64,000 bases of DNA from Mobula hypostoma (GCF_963921235.1 NC_086097.1:90956001-91020000), one strand, 5' to 3'. Shown: positions 10,731 to 21,840, numbered from the stretch's first letter. The notes: a model not told the origin generated them from the letters alone. Translations and numbers: made by a program.

Positions 10731-12661
10731 CATTTTTCAATCACTTCAAATTCCCCAGCCCTGATCTTCATAAACCCGCCTGTCCAGGTATATGCATTGT
10801 TTCTGCTTGTTCTTGCCTCACTGAACCTATATCTGCATACCTCAACGATGTTTTTCACCTTCTCCCCCGCCGGTTCAGTCCCTTCATACCTACGTCCGTG
10901 ACACTTCACATGCTCTTGATCTTTTCAATAACTTCAAGTTCCCTGGCCTGGATTCTCACTGAACCATTTCCCCTTCACCACCACTCTCCTCTGCCTGGTG
11001 GAACTAGTCCTCACTCTCAATTATGTCTCTTTTAGCTCCTCCCACTTCCTTCAAACCCAAGGTGTAGCCATGGGCACATGTATGGGTCCTAGCTCTGCCT
11101 GCCTTCTCGTCAACTACATGGAACAGTCCATGTTCCAGGCCTCCAAGCCTACACCGGTACTGTTCCCCAACTCTTCCTACACTACATCGATGACTGCATT
11201 GGCGCTGTTTCCTTCACCCATGCTGAGCTTGTCGACTTCATCATCTTTGCCTCTAAATTCCACCCTGCCCTCAAATTTACTTGATCTATTTCCAGTACCT
11301 CTCTCTCCTTTCTCAATTTCTTCGTCTCCATCTCTGGAAACAGTCTATCCACTGATATCATTTATAAACCCACTGATTCTCACAACTACCTGGACTATAC
11401 CTCTTCCCTCCTTGTCACTGGTAAAAATGCCATTCCCTTCTCTCGGTTCCTCTATCTCCACAGCATCTGCTATTAGGATGAGGCTTTTCATTCCAGAACT
11501 AATGAGATGACCTCCTCCTTCAAAGTACAGGGCTTTCCTTCCTCCACCATCAATGGTGCCCTCGTCCACATCGCTTCCATTTCACGCACACCTGCCCTCA
11601 CCCCATTCTCCTGTTGTAATATCAGGAATAGGGTTCCTCTTGTCCTCCCCTACCATCCCTTAGTCTCTGTGTCCAGCACATAATTCTCCATAACCCAATA
11701 TCTCCAATGGGATTCCACCACCAAGCACATCTTCCCCCCCCCCCACTTTCCACCTTCCCCAGGGATCACTCCCTACGCAACGCCCTTGTCCACTCAACCC
11801 CTCCCCACTGATCTCCTTCCTGGCACTTATCCTTGCAAGCAGAACAAGTGCCACACCTGCCTCGGCATCTCCTCCCTCACTACCGTTCAGAGCCCCAAAC
11901 AGTCTCTCTAGGTGAGGCGACACTTCACCTGTGCCTCTGTTGGGGGTCATCCACTGTATCTGGTGCTCCCAGTGTGACCTCCTGTATATTGATGAGACCT
12001 GACGTACATTGGGAGACTGCTTCGCTGAGAACCCATGTTCAGTCCACTGGAAAAAGTGGGATCTCCCGGTAGCCAGCCATTTCAATTCTACTTCCCATTC
12101 CCATTCCGACATGTCAGTCCATGGCCTTCTCCACTGCTGAGATGAGGGAACACTCAGGTTGGAGGAACAATACCTTATATTTCATCTGGATAGCCTCCAA
12201 CCTGATGGCATGCGCATCAGTTTCTCAAACTTCTGGTAATTGCCCTTCTCCATTCACCATTCCCCATTCCTGTTTCTCTCTCTCACCCTTCACCTCACCC
12301 TCCATCAAACCCTCTGGTGCCCCTCCTCCTTCCTTTTCTTCCATGGTCTTCTACCCTCTCCTATCAGATTACCCCTTCTCCAACCCTTTATCTTTTTCAC
12401 CAATCAACTTCCCAGCTCTTTACTTCAACTCCCTCCTCCTCTCCTGGTTTCACCTATCATCTGCCACCTTGTACTTCTTCCTCCCCTCCCCCCGCCTTTT
12501 TACTCTGACTTTTCCCCTTCCTTTCCAGTCCTGATGAAGTGTCTTGGCCTAAAACGCTGACTGCTTATTCCTTTCCATAAATTTTGCCTGGTCTGCTGAG
12601 TTCCTTCAGCATTTTGTGCATGTTGCCTTGGATTTCCAGAATCTTCAGATTTTCCAGTGCT
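10731..12661 (+). mobile_element. Penelope-like element (RT + GIY-YIG endonuclease remnants + terminal repeat), degenerate
   Basis: QTQGVAMGTCMGPS and HYIDDC (about 11178-11197) RT motifs. GIY-YIG-like region HFTC...IWCSQCDLLYIDET...PVASHFNSTSHSHSDM...RLEEQYLIFHL at 11910-12200. Candidate TSD TGCTCAGGAATGGG (10717-10730) / TGCTCAGTGATGGG (12662-12675). Confidence 0.88.
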
Positions 12662-13077
12662 TGCTCAGTGATGGGACCTTTGTTGCACATTCAGCAATTT
12701 GGATGTGAATATAGAAGGCATGTTTAGTAAGTTTGCAAATAATAGGTCGTATTATAGGCTGCAAAGAAGATCATCAGTGAAGGCCTAAAAGTGGGCACTG
12801 ATCAGACAGATAGTCAACAGAAGATTGGCAAATGGCTTTCAATTTGGATAAGTGAAAAGTGTTGCATTTTGGAAATTCCAACCAAGTTTGAACTTATACC
12901 ATGAATGGTTGGGCCTCTGGGAGTGTTGTGGAACAGAAAGAACTAGGAGTACAAGCACGTAGTTACTTGAAAGCAGCATGACATGGAAATGTGGTGGTGA
13001 AAATGGCATTTGACATGCTGATCTTCATCTGCTAGGGCACTGAGTGTAGAAATCTACTGTAACGGATGGAATGTCAA

Positions 13078-15095
13078 ACACAAGAGATTCTGCAGATACT
13101 GGAAAATCCAGAGCAACACACACAAAATGCCGGAGAAATTCAATAGATCAGCCAAAATCTATGAAAATAATAAACAGTCCAAGTTTCAGACTCAGACCTT
13201 TCATCGGGACTGGAAAGGAAGTGGGAAAATGCCAAAATAAAAATCTTTTTTTCCAGTCATGATTAAGGGTCTCAGCCTGAAACGTTGACTGTATTCTTTT
13301 TCATAGATGCTGCCTGGCCTGCTGAGTTCCTTCAGTGTTTTGTGTGTGTTGCTTGGATATCCAGCATCTGCAGATCTTCTCTTGTTTGAGAATTAAAGTG
13401 TGGTGGGGTGGGGTGGGGTGGGGGGGTGGTTGATGAAGGAGGAAAAGCTAGAAGGTGATGGGTGAAACCAAGTGTGTGGGAAAGGTAAAGGGCTAGAGAA
13501 GAAGGAATCTGATAGGACTGAAGTATACACCAGAGAAGGAAGTGAAGGAGAACAAGCTCTGGGGGAGGTAAGAGGCCAAGCTGCGAATGAAAGAAGAGGG
13601 AAGGGAGAGGGAAAAAGTAAAAGTGTAAGAAAAAATTGCCAGAAGGAGAAATTGATGTTTATGCCATCAGGATCAGGCTACCTATACAGAAAATAAGGTG
13701 TTGCTTCTCTACCCTGAGAGTGGCCTCATTGTGGTAGAAGAGGAGGCCGTGGACCAAAATATCAGCGGGAACAGAGTTAGGAATTAAAATGGTTGGCCAC
13801 TAAGATATTCTACTTTTGGTAGACAGGGCAGGGATGCTTGACAAAGTGGTCTCCCCATTTACATTGGGTCTCAACAATGTAGAGGAGGCCATGTGGGAGC
13901 TCTGCATACAATAGAAGACCCAACAGATTTGCAGGTGAAGTGTTCCCTCACCTGGAAGAACTGAATGGAGGTAAGGGAGGAGGTGAATAGGCAGGTGTAG
14001 CATTTCTGTCATTTGCAGAGACATGTGCCAGGAGGGAGATTACTGGGAAGGATGAATGGACAGGGAAATCACATCGGGAGTGATCCCTGTGGAAATGAGA
14101 GAGTGTGGAAAAATAAAGATGTGTTTGGTGGTAGGGTCTCATTGATGATGGTGGAAATTGTAGAGAATGATGTGTTGGATGTGGAGGCTCATGGGATGGT
14201 AGGTGAGGACAAGAGGAATACTATCCCTGTTAAGGAGATGAGAAGTTAAGGTGAGGGCAGATGTATGGGAAATGGAGGTGATGCAGATGAGGGTAGCATT
14301 AATGGTGGAGAAAAGCCCATTCTTTAAAGAAGGAGAACATCTTTGACGTCCTGGAAAGGAAAGCCTCATCCTGGGGACAGATGCAACGGAGACAAAGGAA
14401 CTGAGAAAGGGAATAGCATTTCTACAGGAGACAGGGAGGGAAGAAGTATCATCAAGATAACTGAGGAAATTGGTAGGTTTCTAAAAGATGTCAGTAGACA
14501 GTTTGTTTCCAGAGATGGAGACAGAGAGATTGGGAAAGTGGAGAGAGACGTCAGAAATGGATAGGGTGGAAGTTGGAGACAAAGTTGATGAAATTGATCA
14601 GCTCAGTATGGGTGCATGAAGCAGCACCAAAGCAGTCGTCAATGTAACGCAAAAAAAGTTGAGGAGCATTATCAGGGAATGTTCCACGTAGCCAACAAAA
14701 AGGAAGGAATAGATGGGGCCTATGTGGGTGCCCAGGTGCCCATGGTTATGCCTTGAGTTTGGAGAAAGTGGTAAGGGTCAAAGTAGCAATTGTTGAGGAT
14801 GAGGACCAGTTCTGCCAGACGGAGGAGGGTGATAGTGAAGGGCAATTGAATGGGTCTTTTGTTGAGAAAGAAGTGGAAGGCTTTAAGGCCTTCTTGATGG
14901 GGGAATAGAAGTGTATAGAAACTGGACATCCATAGTGAAAATGAGGCAGTCGGGGCCAGGGAATTGAAAGTTGTTGAGGAGATCGAAAGGACTGAACCAA
15001 GAGCAATAGAATGGAGTCGAGGTATGAGGACACAAATTCAGTGGGGCAGAAGCAGGTGGGGACAATGGGCTTACCTGGTCAGTCAAGTTTTTATA
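13078..15095 (-). mobile_element. Second Penelope-like element, opposite orientation, degenerate
   Basis: Minus strand: IFTMDVQFLYTSIP, LLRLAELVLILNN..FLQTQGITMGT and RYIDDC (about 14632-14650), with terminal repeat at 13078-13240. Weak TSD GAATGTCAA (13069-13077) / GAATGTTAA (15096-15104). Confidence 0.85.
13247..13388 (+). mobile_element. Short Penelope terminal-repeat copy in inverted orientation inside the minus-strand element
   Basis: CAGTCATGATTAAGGGTCTCAGCCTGAAACGTTGACTG...CCAGCATCTGCAGATCTTCTCTTG is the approximate reverse complement of 13079-13215. Confidence 0.8.
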
Positions 15096-15834
15096 GAATG
15101 TTAAGTTACAGTTGTACAAGACTTACGCAGTCTTGGTCACTTGTAGACATCATGAAATCGAAAAGAGTGCAGAGAAGTCTTACAAAGATACTGCCAGGGC
15201 ATAGGTGCCTGAGTTATAGGCAGAAGTTTGGTGGGCTAGGACTTCATTCAGGTGAATGTACGTTGGAGATAGAGGGGTGGCCTTAGATGATAGATATCAG
15301 TAGAGTGAATGCAAATTATCTATTGCCCAGGGAAACGGAACAAAAAACTAGAGGGAATAGGCTTAAGATGAGAGGTGAGAGACTTAAAAGGGACCTGAGG
15401 GGCAACGTTTTCTAACAGAGTGTGGTTTGTATATGGAATGAGCCAGAGAAGTTGGTTCAGGCAGGTACAATGCCAACATTTAAAAATTATTTGAATTGGA
15501 GGATTGGAGGGGTTTAGAGAGACATGTGCAAAGCAGACTAGATTGGGGGGGGGGCACGGTGTATTACAGTCAGCATGTGTGAGTTGAGCCAAAGGGCCAG
15601 TTTGCATACTGGGTTGCCCTATGTCTCTAAGTGATAATGAACCAAGTGTAGAACTTGGATAGGAGGTCATGCATATAAAACATTGCTCTTTCCTCCACAA
15701 ATAGTACTCCCAGCATCCTTTCTTGAGGGGTTAATAACTACTTTGTAGTTACAGTAGAGTAAGAGAACAGAGGAGGAGCTTGGAATATCTTCACAGAGAT
15801 AAAGAATCATTGAAAGTGAGTCCACAGTTTATGG

Positions 15835-16265
15835 AATCAGTTCAAAGTTGTGGTTATTCACGTTGGTTCAGGAGCCTGATGGCTGAAGAGTAATGACTGT
15901 TCCTGAAACTGTGGGTGTGAGACCTAAGGCTGTCGTGCCTCCTTCCCCATGGCAGCAACAAGAAGAGATGGTGCCTGGATGGTGGCCTCCTTCATGATGG
16001 ACACTGCCTATTTGTGGCAGTGCTCCTTGAAGTTGTGTTGAATAGTAGGGCGGACATTGCCTGTGACGTACTGGGCATTGATGTTTCATACCAGGCCATT
16101 ATGCAACCAATCAGGATACTCTCCACTGCACATCTATAGCAGTTTATCAAAGTTTTGGATAACACGCTGAACCTGTGCAAATATTTAAGAAAGAAGAGGT
16201 GCTGTCCTGCCTTCTTTGTAATGACACTTACATGCTGGTCCCAGGTCAGACCCTCTGATATGATA
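15835..16265 (-). mobile_element. Rex1/Babar-type 3' fragment
   Basis: Minus-strand KTLINCYRCAVESILIGCIMAWY; homologous to 8940-9330 in reverse. Confidence 0.75.
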
Positions 16266-16325
16266 GTATTTGGTTTTTGAAAAAGTGTACGTTCCAGCGC
16301 CCACCTTCAAGTTAATCAGATGTGG

Positions 16326-17035
16326 GGTGTATAGGGTGTCAGGGAGGGGTAGCACCTCTGATGGGGGAACATGTCACGTCCCTTTCAAGGCGGTTAGTCC
16401 ACCTTTGGTCCCCACCTGGCACTCAGCTCTCACCTGTGGCTCCCCGTAGCTGTTTGCATGCGACAGTGGCCACACCCCGGGCAACGGCTTCGACAAGCTG
16501 GCTAAACCAGGTGAGGGTAGCCGACGGGTCTCAAACACTCAGTGAGATAGGGAGTTGTCTATCCCAGCATGTGAAGACAGACTGAAGCAGATTGAGCGGA
16601 CGAGACCAATGGAAGGTCCAACGGTCAAGAAGGCGGTCTCTGCAAGCGTCGTGGAACGTGTAGAGCACGACAAGACACAGAAGACGTCCTGGTCATCCAC
16701 TGCACCTAGTCCCATCTCCAGCCATCTTGACTCTGTCTTGCCACTGGATCCAGATGGGAATTGGGAAGAGAGAATGAGGCTGACACTGCGCAACTCTCCC
16801 TCACTTAAATCCAAATCACGCACTAGTCTCCACACCATCTGCTGGCTCGTGGCGCAGTGACATCAGCGCCGGACTCCAGGAGCGAAGGTTCCCGAGTTCG
16901 AATCCAGTTGAGACGCTCCCGGGCACGCTCTCCATCTGTGCCAGGTTGAGTGTTGAGCTAGCAACTCGACCTCATAAAAAGTACTAATGGTGTCGAGGTC
17001 TTCAACGATGACGATGGACGAACCTTATTATTATA
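16326..17035 (+). mobile_element. 710-bp non-coding retroposed element (RTE-type 3' region) with perfect 14-bp TSD and (TTA)n tail
   Basis: TTAATCAGATGTGG at 16312-16325 and 17036-17049; tail TTATTATTATA at 17025-17035; CpG-rich relative to its flanks. The RTE assignment rests on recalled similarity of CTCACTTAAATCCAA and the 3' hairpin to RTE-type 3' ends. Confidence 0.75.
16840..16985 (+). mobile_element. tRNA-derived SINE head (Pol III internal promoter) inside the TSD-flanked element
   Basis: A-box-like TGGCGCAGTGA (16850-16860) and B-box GAGTTCGAATCC (16894-16905); ends in CATAAAAA. Confidence 0.75.
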
Positions 17036-17164
17036 TTAATCAGATGTGGAATTTGCAAGAGAGTTTCAACTGCTTTGCTTATTTATTGTTTGAGCAGCAC
17101 CTGCCATTGGTGTAAGCTTTGACATATAGGGCATACATACATACATACATACAGTTTGTACATA

Positions 17165-17279
17165 CAGCGCCAGAGACCCAGCTTCATTTCCTGTTACTTC
17201 CTGTAAGGAGTTTGTATGTTCACCCCCTGACCACGTGGCCTTTATCCAGATGCTCTAGTTTCCTCCAATACTCCAAAGA
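17165..17279 (+). mobile_element. V-domain SINE (HE1-like) 5' part; resumes at 21061-21085 after CR1 insertion
   Basis: CTGTAAGGAGTTTGTATGTT...CCACGTGG...GATGCTCTAGTTTCCTCC...TCCAAAGA matches the V-domain consensus as recalled; continuation TCCAAAGACATATGGGTT at 21061. Confidence 0.7.
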
Positions 17280-19276
17280 GGAAGAAAGATCCTAAGAGGA
17301 GTAAGGGAGGCCGTGGCTGACAAGGGAGGTAATGGACAGTATAAAAATAAAACAGAAGAAGTATAACATAGCAAAGATGAGTGGGAAGCCGGAGGATTGG
17401 GAAACTTTTAAAGAGCAACAGAAGGTAACTAAAAAGGCAATACGTGGAAAAAAAAATGAGGTACGAAGGTAAACTAGCCAAGGATATAAAGGAGGATAGT
17501 AAAAGCTTCTTTAGGTATGTGAATAGGGAAAAAATAGTTAAGACCAAAATTGGGGCCTTGAAGACAGAAACGGGTGAATTTATTACGGGAAACAAGGAAA
17601 TGGCAGACGAGTTGAACAGGTACTTTGGATCTGTCTTCATTAGGGAAGACACAAACAATCTCCCAGATATAATAGTGGCCAAAGGACCTAGGGTATTGGA
17701 TGAACTAAAGGAAATTTATATTAGGCAGGAAATGATGTTGAATAGACTGTTGGGTCTGCAGGCTGATAAGTCCCCGGGACCTGATGGTCTGCATCCCAGG
17801 GTACTTAAAGAGGTGGCTTTAGAAATCGTGGACTCATTGGTAATCATTTTCCAATGTTCTGTAGATTCAGGATCAGTTCCTGAGGATTGGAGGGTGGCTA
17901 ATGTTGTCCCTCTCTTCAAGAAGGGAGGAAGAGAGAAAAGAGAGAAAAAGAGAGAAAATAGACCGGTTAGCCTGACGTTGGTGGTGGGAAAGATGCTGGA
18001 GTATATTATAAAAGATGAAATTACGACACATCTGGATAGCAGTAACAGGATCGGTCCAAGTAAACATGGATTTACGAAGGGGAAATCGTGCTTGACTAAT
18101 CTTCTGGAATTTTTTTTGAGGATGTAACTATGAAAATGGACAAGGGAGAGCCAGTGGATGTAGTGTACCTGGACTTTCAGAAAGCCTTTGATAAAGTCCC
18201 ACATAGGAGATTAGTGGGCAAACTTAGGGCACATGGTATTGGGGGCAGAGCACTGACATGGATTGAAAATTGGCTGGCAGACAGAAAACAAAGAGTAGTG
18301 ATTAACGGGTCCCTCTCGGAATGGCAGGCGGTGACCAGTGGGGTCCCGCAGGGTTCAGTGCTGGGACCGCAGCTGTTTACAATATATATTAATGATTTAG
18401 ATGAGGGAATTAAAAGTAACATTAGCAAATTTGCCAATGACACAAAGCTGGGTGGCAGTGGAAATGTGAGTAGGATGTTATGAGAATGCAGGGTGACTTG
18501 GACAGGTTGGGTGAGTGGGCAGATGCATGGCAGATGCAGTTTAATGTGGATAAATGTGAGGTTATCCACTTTGGTGGTAAGAACAGCAAGGCAGATTATT
18601 ATCTAAATGGAGTCAAGTTAGGAAAAGGGGAAGTACAATGAGATCTAGGTGTTCTTGTACATCAGTCATTGAAAGCAAGCATGCAAGTACAGCAGGCAGT
18701 GAAGAAAGCTAATGGCATGCTGGCCTTCATAATAAGGAGCATTCAGTATAAGAGCAAAGAGGTCCTTCTGCAGTTGTACAGGGCCCTGGTGAGACCACAC
18801 CTGGAGTACTGCGTGCAAATTAGTGAAAGGACATTCTTGCTATTGAGGGAGTGCAGCATAGGTTCACAAGGTTAACTCCCGGGATGGTGGGACTGTCATA
18901 TGTTGAAAGATTGGAGTGACTGGGCTTGTATACTCTGGAATTTAGAAAGCTTAGAGGGGATCTTATTGAAACATATAAGATTATTAAGGGATTGGACACG
19001 CTGGAGGCAGGAAGCATGTTCCCGCTGATGGTTGAGTCCAGAACCAGAGGCCACAGTTTAAGAATAAGGGGTAGGCCATTCAGAACGGGGTTGAGGTAAA
19101 ACTTTTTCACCCAGAGAGTGGTGGATATGTGGAATGCTCTGCCCCAGACAGCTGTGGAGGCCAAGTCTCTGGATGCTTTCAAGAAAGAGATGGATTGAGC
19201 TCTTAAGGATAGCGGAATCAAAGGTTATGGGGATAAGGCAGGAACTGGATACTGATTGTGGATGATCAGCCATGAT

Positions 19277-20984
19277 AACCATAAGACCATAAGACAAAGG
19301 AGCAGAAGTAGGCCATTCGGCCCATCGAGTCTGCTCCACCATTTTATCATGAGCTGATCCATTTTATCCTATTTAGTCCCACTTTCCTGCCTTCTCACCA
19401 TAACCTTTGATGCCCTGGCTACTCAGATACCTATCAATCTCTGCCTTAAATACACCCAATGACTTGGCCTCCACTACTGCCCGTGGCAACAAATTCCATA
19501 GATTCACCACCCTCTGACTAAAAAAAATTTTTCGCATTTCTGTTCTGAAAGGGCGCCCTTCAATCCTGAAGTCATGCCCTCTCGTACTAGACTCCCCCAT
19601 CATGGGAAACAACTTTGCCACATCCACTCTGTCCATGCCTTTTAACATTCGAAATGTTTCTATGAGGTCTCCCCTCATTCTTCTAAACTCCAAGGAATAC
19701 AGTCCAAGAGCGGACAAACGTTCCTCATATGTTAACCCTCTCATTCCCGGAATCATTCTAGTGAATCTTCTCTGTACCCTCTCCAACGTCAGCACATCCT
19801 TTCTTAAATAAGGAGAGCAAAACTGCCCACAGTACTCCAAGTGAGGTCTCACCAGCACCTTATAAAGCCTCAACATCACATCCCTGCTCCTATACTCTAT
19901 TCCTCTAGAAATGAATGCCAACATTGCATTCGCCTTCTTCACTACCGACTCAACCTGGAGGTTAACTTTAAGGGAATCCTGTACGAGGACTCCCAAGTCC
20001 CGTTGCATCTCAGAACTTTGAATTCTTTCTCCATTTAAATAATAGTCTGCCCGTTTATTTTTTCTGCCAAAGTGCATAACCATCCACTTTCCAACATTGT
20101 ACTTCATTTGCCACTTCTCTGCCCATTCTTCCAATCTATCCAAGTATCTCTGCAGACTCTCCGTTTCCTCAGCACTACCAGCCCCTCCACCTATCTTCGT
20201 ATCATCAGCAAACTTAGCCACAAAGCCATCTATTCCATAATCCAGATCATTGATGTACAATGTAAAAAGAAGCAGCCCCAACACTGATCCCTGTGGAAAA
20301 CCACTGGTAACTGGCAGCCAACCAGAATAGGATCCCTTTATTCCCACTCTCTGTTTCCTGACAATCAGCCAATGCTCTATCCACGTATGTAACTTTCCTG
20401 TAATTCCATGGGCTCTTATCTTGTTAAGCAGCCTCATGTGTGGCACCTTGTCAAAGGCCTTCTGAAAATCCAAATATACAACATCCACTGCATCTCCCTT
20501 GTCTAGCCTACTGGTAATTTCCTCAAAAAATTGTAATAGGTTTGTCAGGCAGGATTTTCCTTTAAGGAATCCATGCTGAGTTCTGCCTATCTTGTCATAC
20601 GCCTCCAGGTACTCTGTAACCTCATCCTTGACAATCGACTCCAACAACTTCCCAACCACTGACGTCAAGCTAACAGGTCTATAATTTCCTTTTTGCTTCC
20701 TTGCCCCCTTCTTAAATAGCGGAGTGACATTTGCAATCTTCCAGTCTTCCGGAACCTATCGACTTTTGAAAGATCATCGCTAATGCCTCCGCAATCTCCA
20801 CAGCTACTTCCTTCAGAACACACGGGTGCATTCCATCTGGTCCAGGAGATTTATCGACCTTTAGCCTATTCAGCTTCCTGAGTACTTTCTCTGTCATAAT
20901 TGTGACTGCGCACACTTCTCTTCCCTGCCACCCTTGAGTGTCCGGTATCCTGCTGTCTTCCTCTGTGAAGACTGATGCAAAATA
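19277..20984 (-). mobile_element. Younger CR1 inserted antisense in the 3' UTR of the previous CR1
   Basis: Host 3' UTR GATCAGCCATGAT|CACAGTGAATGGC is split at 19276/20985; insert tail (ACCATAAG)n at 19277-19295. Confidence 0.92.
19373..20668 (-). CDS. Open 431-aa CR1 reverse transcriptase + C-terminal domain (5'-truncated, no endonuclease)
   Basis: [36 protein letters not shown], intact FADDTK, LVRPHLEYC, FFSQRVVNLWN. Confidence 0.85.
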   Translation of the reverse strand: MTSVVGKLLESIVKDEVTEYLEAYDKIGRTQHGFLKGKSCLTNLLQFFEEITSRLDKGDAVDVVYLDFQKAFDKVPHMRLLNKIRAHGITGKLHTWIEHWLIVRKQRVGIKGSYSGWLPVTSGFPQGSVLGLLLFTLYINDLDYGIDGFVAKFADDTKIGGGAGSAEETESLQRYLDRLEEWAEKWQMKYNVGKWMVMHFGRKNKRADYYLNGERIQSSEMQRDLGVLVQDSLKVNLQVESVVKKANAMLAFISRGIEYRSRDVMLRLYKVLVRPHLEYCGQFCSPYLRKDVLTLERVQRRFTRMIPGMRGLTYEERLSALGLYSLEFRRMRGDLIETFRMLKGMDRVDVAKLFPMMGESSTRGHDFRIEGRPFRTEMRKIFFSQRVVNLWNLLPRAVVEAKSLGVFKAEIDRYLSSQGIKGYGEKAGKWD

Positions 20985-21177
20985 CACAGTGAATGGCAGT
21001 GCTGGCTCGAAGGGCCGAATGGCCTACTCCTGCACCTATTGTCTATTGTCTATTGTCTATTCCAAAGACATATGGGTTAATTAATTTTAATTTTAAATAC
21101 AGTGTGGAGCCTTGCTGCCTAGCAACCCCCAATTTAACTCTAGCCTAATCGCAGGACAATTTACATTGGCCCCTAAT

Positions 21178-21310
21178 TTACAAAGAAAGCACGGCAGCGC
21201 TTCGGCTTTCTTAGATGTTTGTGCAGCTCTGACATGTCATCTGAAACTTTGATAAACTGCTATTGATGAACAGTGGATAGTACTCTGGTTGCATAATAGC
21301 CTCGCATGGA
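21178..21310 (+). mobile_element. Short Rex1/Babar-type fragment
   Basis: TKKARQRFGFLRCL...MSSETLINCY, homologous to 8975-9050. Confidence 0.55.
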
Positions 21311-21729
21311 AAATGACAAAGTGTGCTTGACGTGAAGTGTTAACTCTATTACTCTTTGCACAAATGCTGCCTGACTGTGGAGTTTCGAGGACTTACTGTT
21401 TATACTTCAGGTTAAATTTTTTTCAGATTTTCAGTCAAAGTAAAATCCAAAGCTAATAACCTAGTTAAAAGTAATAAGTCATGCAAAGGCTGGGTAATAT
21501 TCTTCCTTGAGCTTTTGGAACAATTCAATCCTGCTGCAAATCTTCACCTTAAAATGTCATATTTGCTTTATTCCTTCTGATTTATCATTTGTAATGGGAT
21601 AGAAAAAGGTGATTTAGCCTATTAAATCTAAACCAGCTTTCAGAGCAATCTCATTAATTCCATTCCCCCACTTCTTTCCTTGCAGCCTATTTTCTCTCAT
21701 GTGTCTATCTACTACTCTCCCCCTCACTA

Positions 21730-21840
21730 AGGGAGGGTAATTTAAAGCACCCAGCTACCTACCAGCAACTCTTTGGAATTCGGGAGGAAAGCTGATCTCC
21801 AGTAGGAAACCCATGCGCTCACAGGGAGGACATGAAAACA
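21730..21840 (-). mobile_element. V-domain SINE fragment
   Basis: CTTTGGAATTCGGGAGGAAAGCTG...GGAAACCCATGCGCTCACAGGGAGGACATG is the reverse complement of the V-domain. Confidence 0.65.

Larger units (their letters stand above)
9700..15630 (+). mobile_element. Old, heavily mutated CR1 ORF2 host fragmented by Penelope-like insertions
   Basis: Collinear RT pieces: VDIICMDFNNMFDKI (about 10245-10293), WISNRLRSKNQKVMVEGCFLDWRTITIGVP (10624-10713), NLDVNIEGMFSKFAN (about 12697-12740), QLYKT...KSKRVQRSLTKILPG (15105-15200), then 3' end to about 15630. Confidence 0.75.
17280..21060 (+). mobile_element. 5'-truncated CR1 (ORF2 RT part, frameshifted) with 8-bp TSD and (CTATTGT)n tail
   Basis: ORFs 17444-18127, 18130-18483 and 18669-18875 ([46 protein letters not shown]); TSD TCCAAAGA at 17272-17279 and 21061-21068; tail at 21036-21060. 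Confidence 0.92.

Noticed and set aside
16322..16860. ORFs 16322-16585, 16555-16860 and 16539-16838 as small proteins
   Set aside because: Overlapping short frames in a GC-richer repeat body with no recognisable motifs.
16841..16915. Functional tRNA gene
   Set aside because: A and B boxes are present, but I cannot fold a convincing acceptor stem or cloverleaf, there is no T-run terminator, and it lies inside a TSD-flanked retroposon.
19373..20668. Active autonomous retrotransposon or retron/DGR-type RT system
   Set aside because: The RT is plainly CR1-type, 5'-truncated, lacks endonuclease and promoter, and is frameshifted upstream of 20668. It has no linkage to the satellite or to a template/variable repeat pair.
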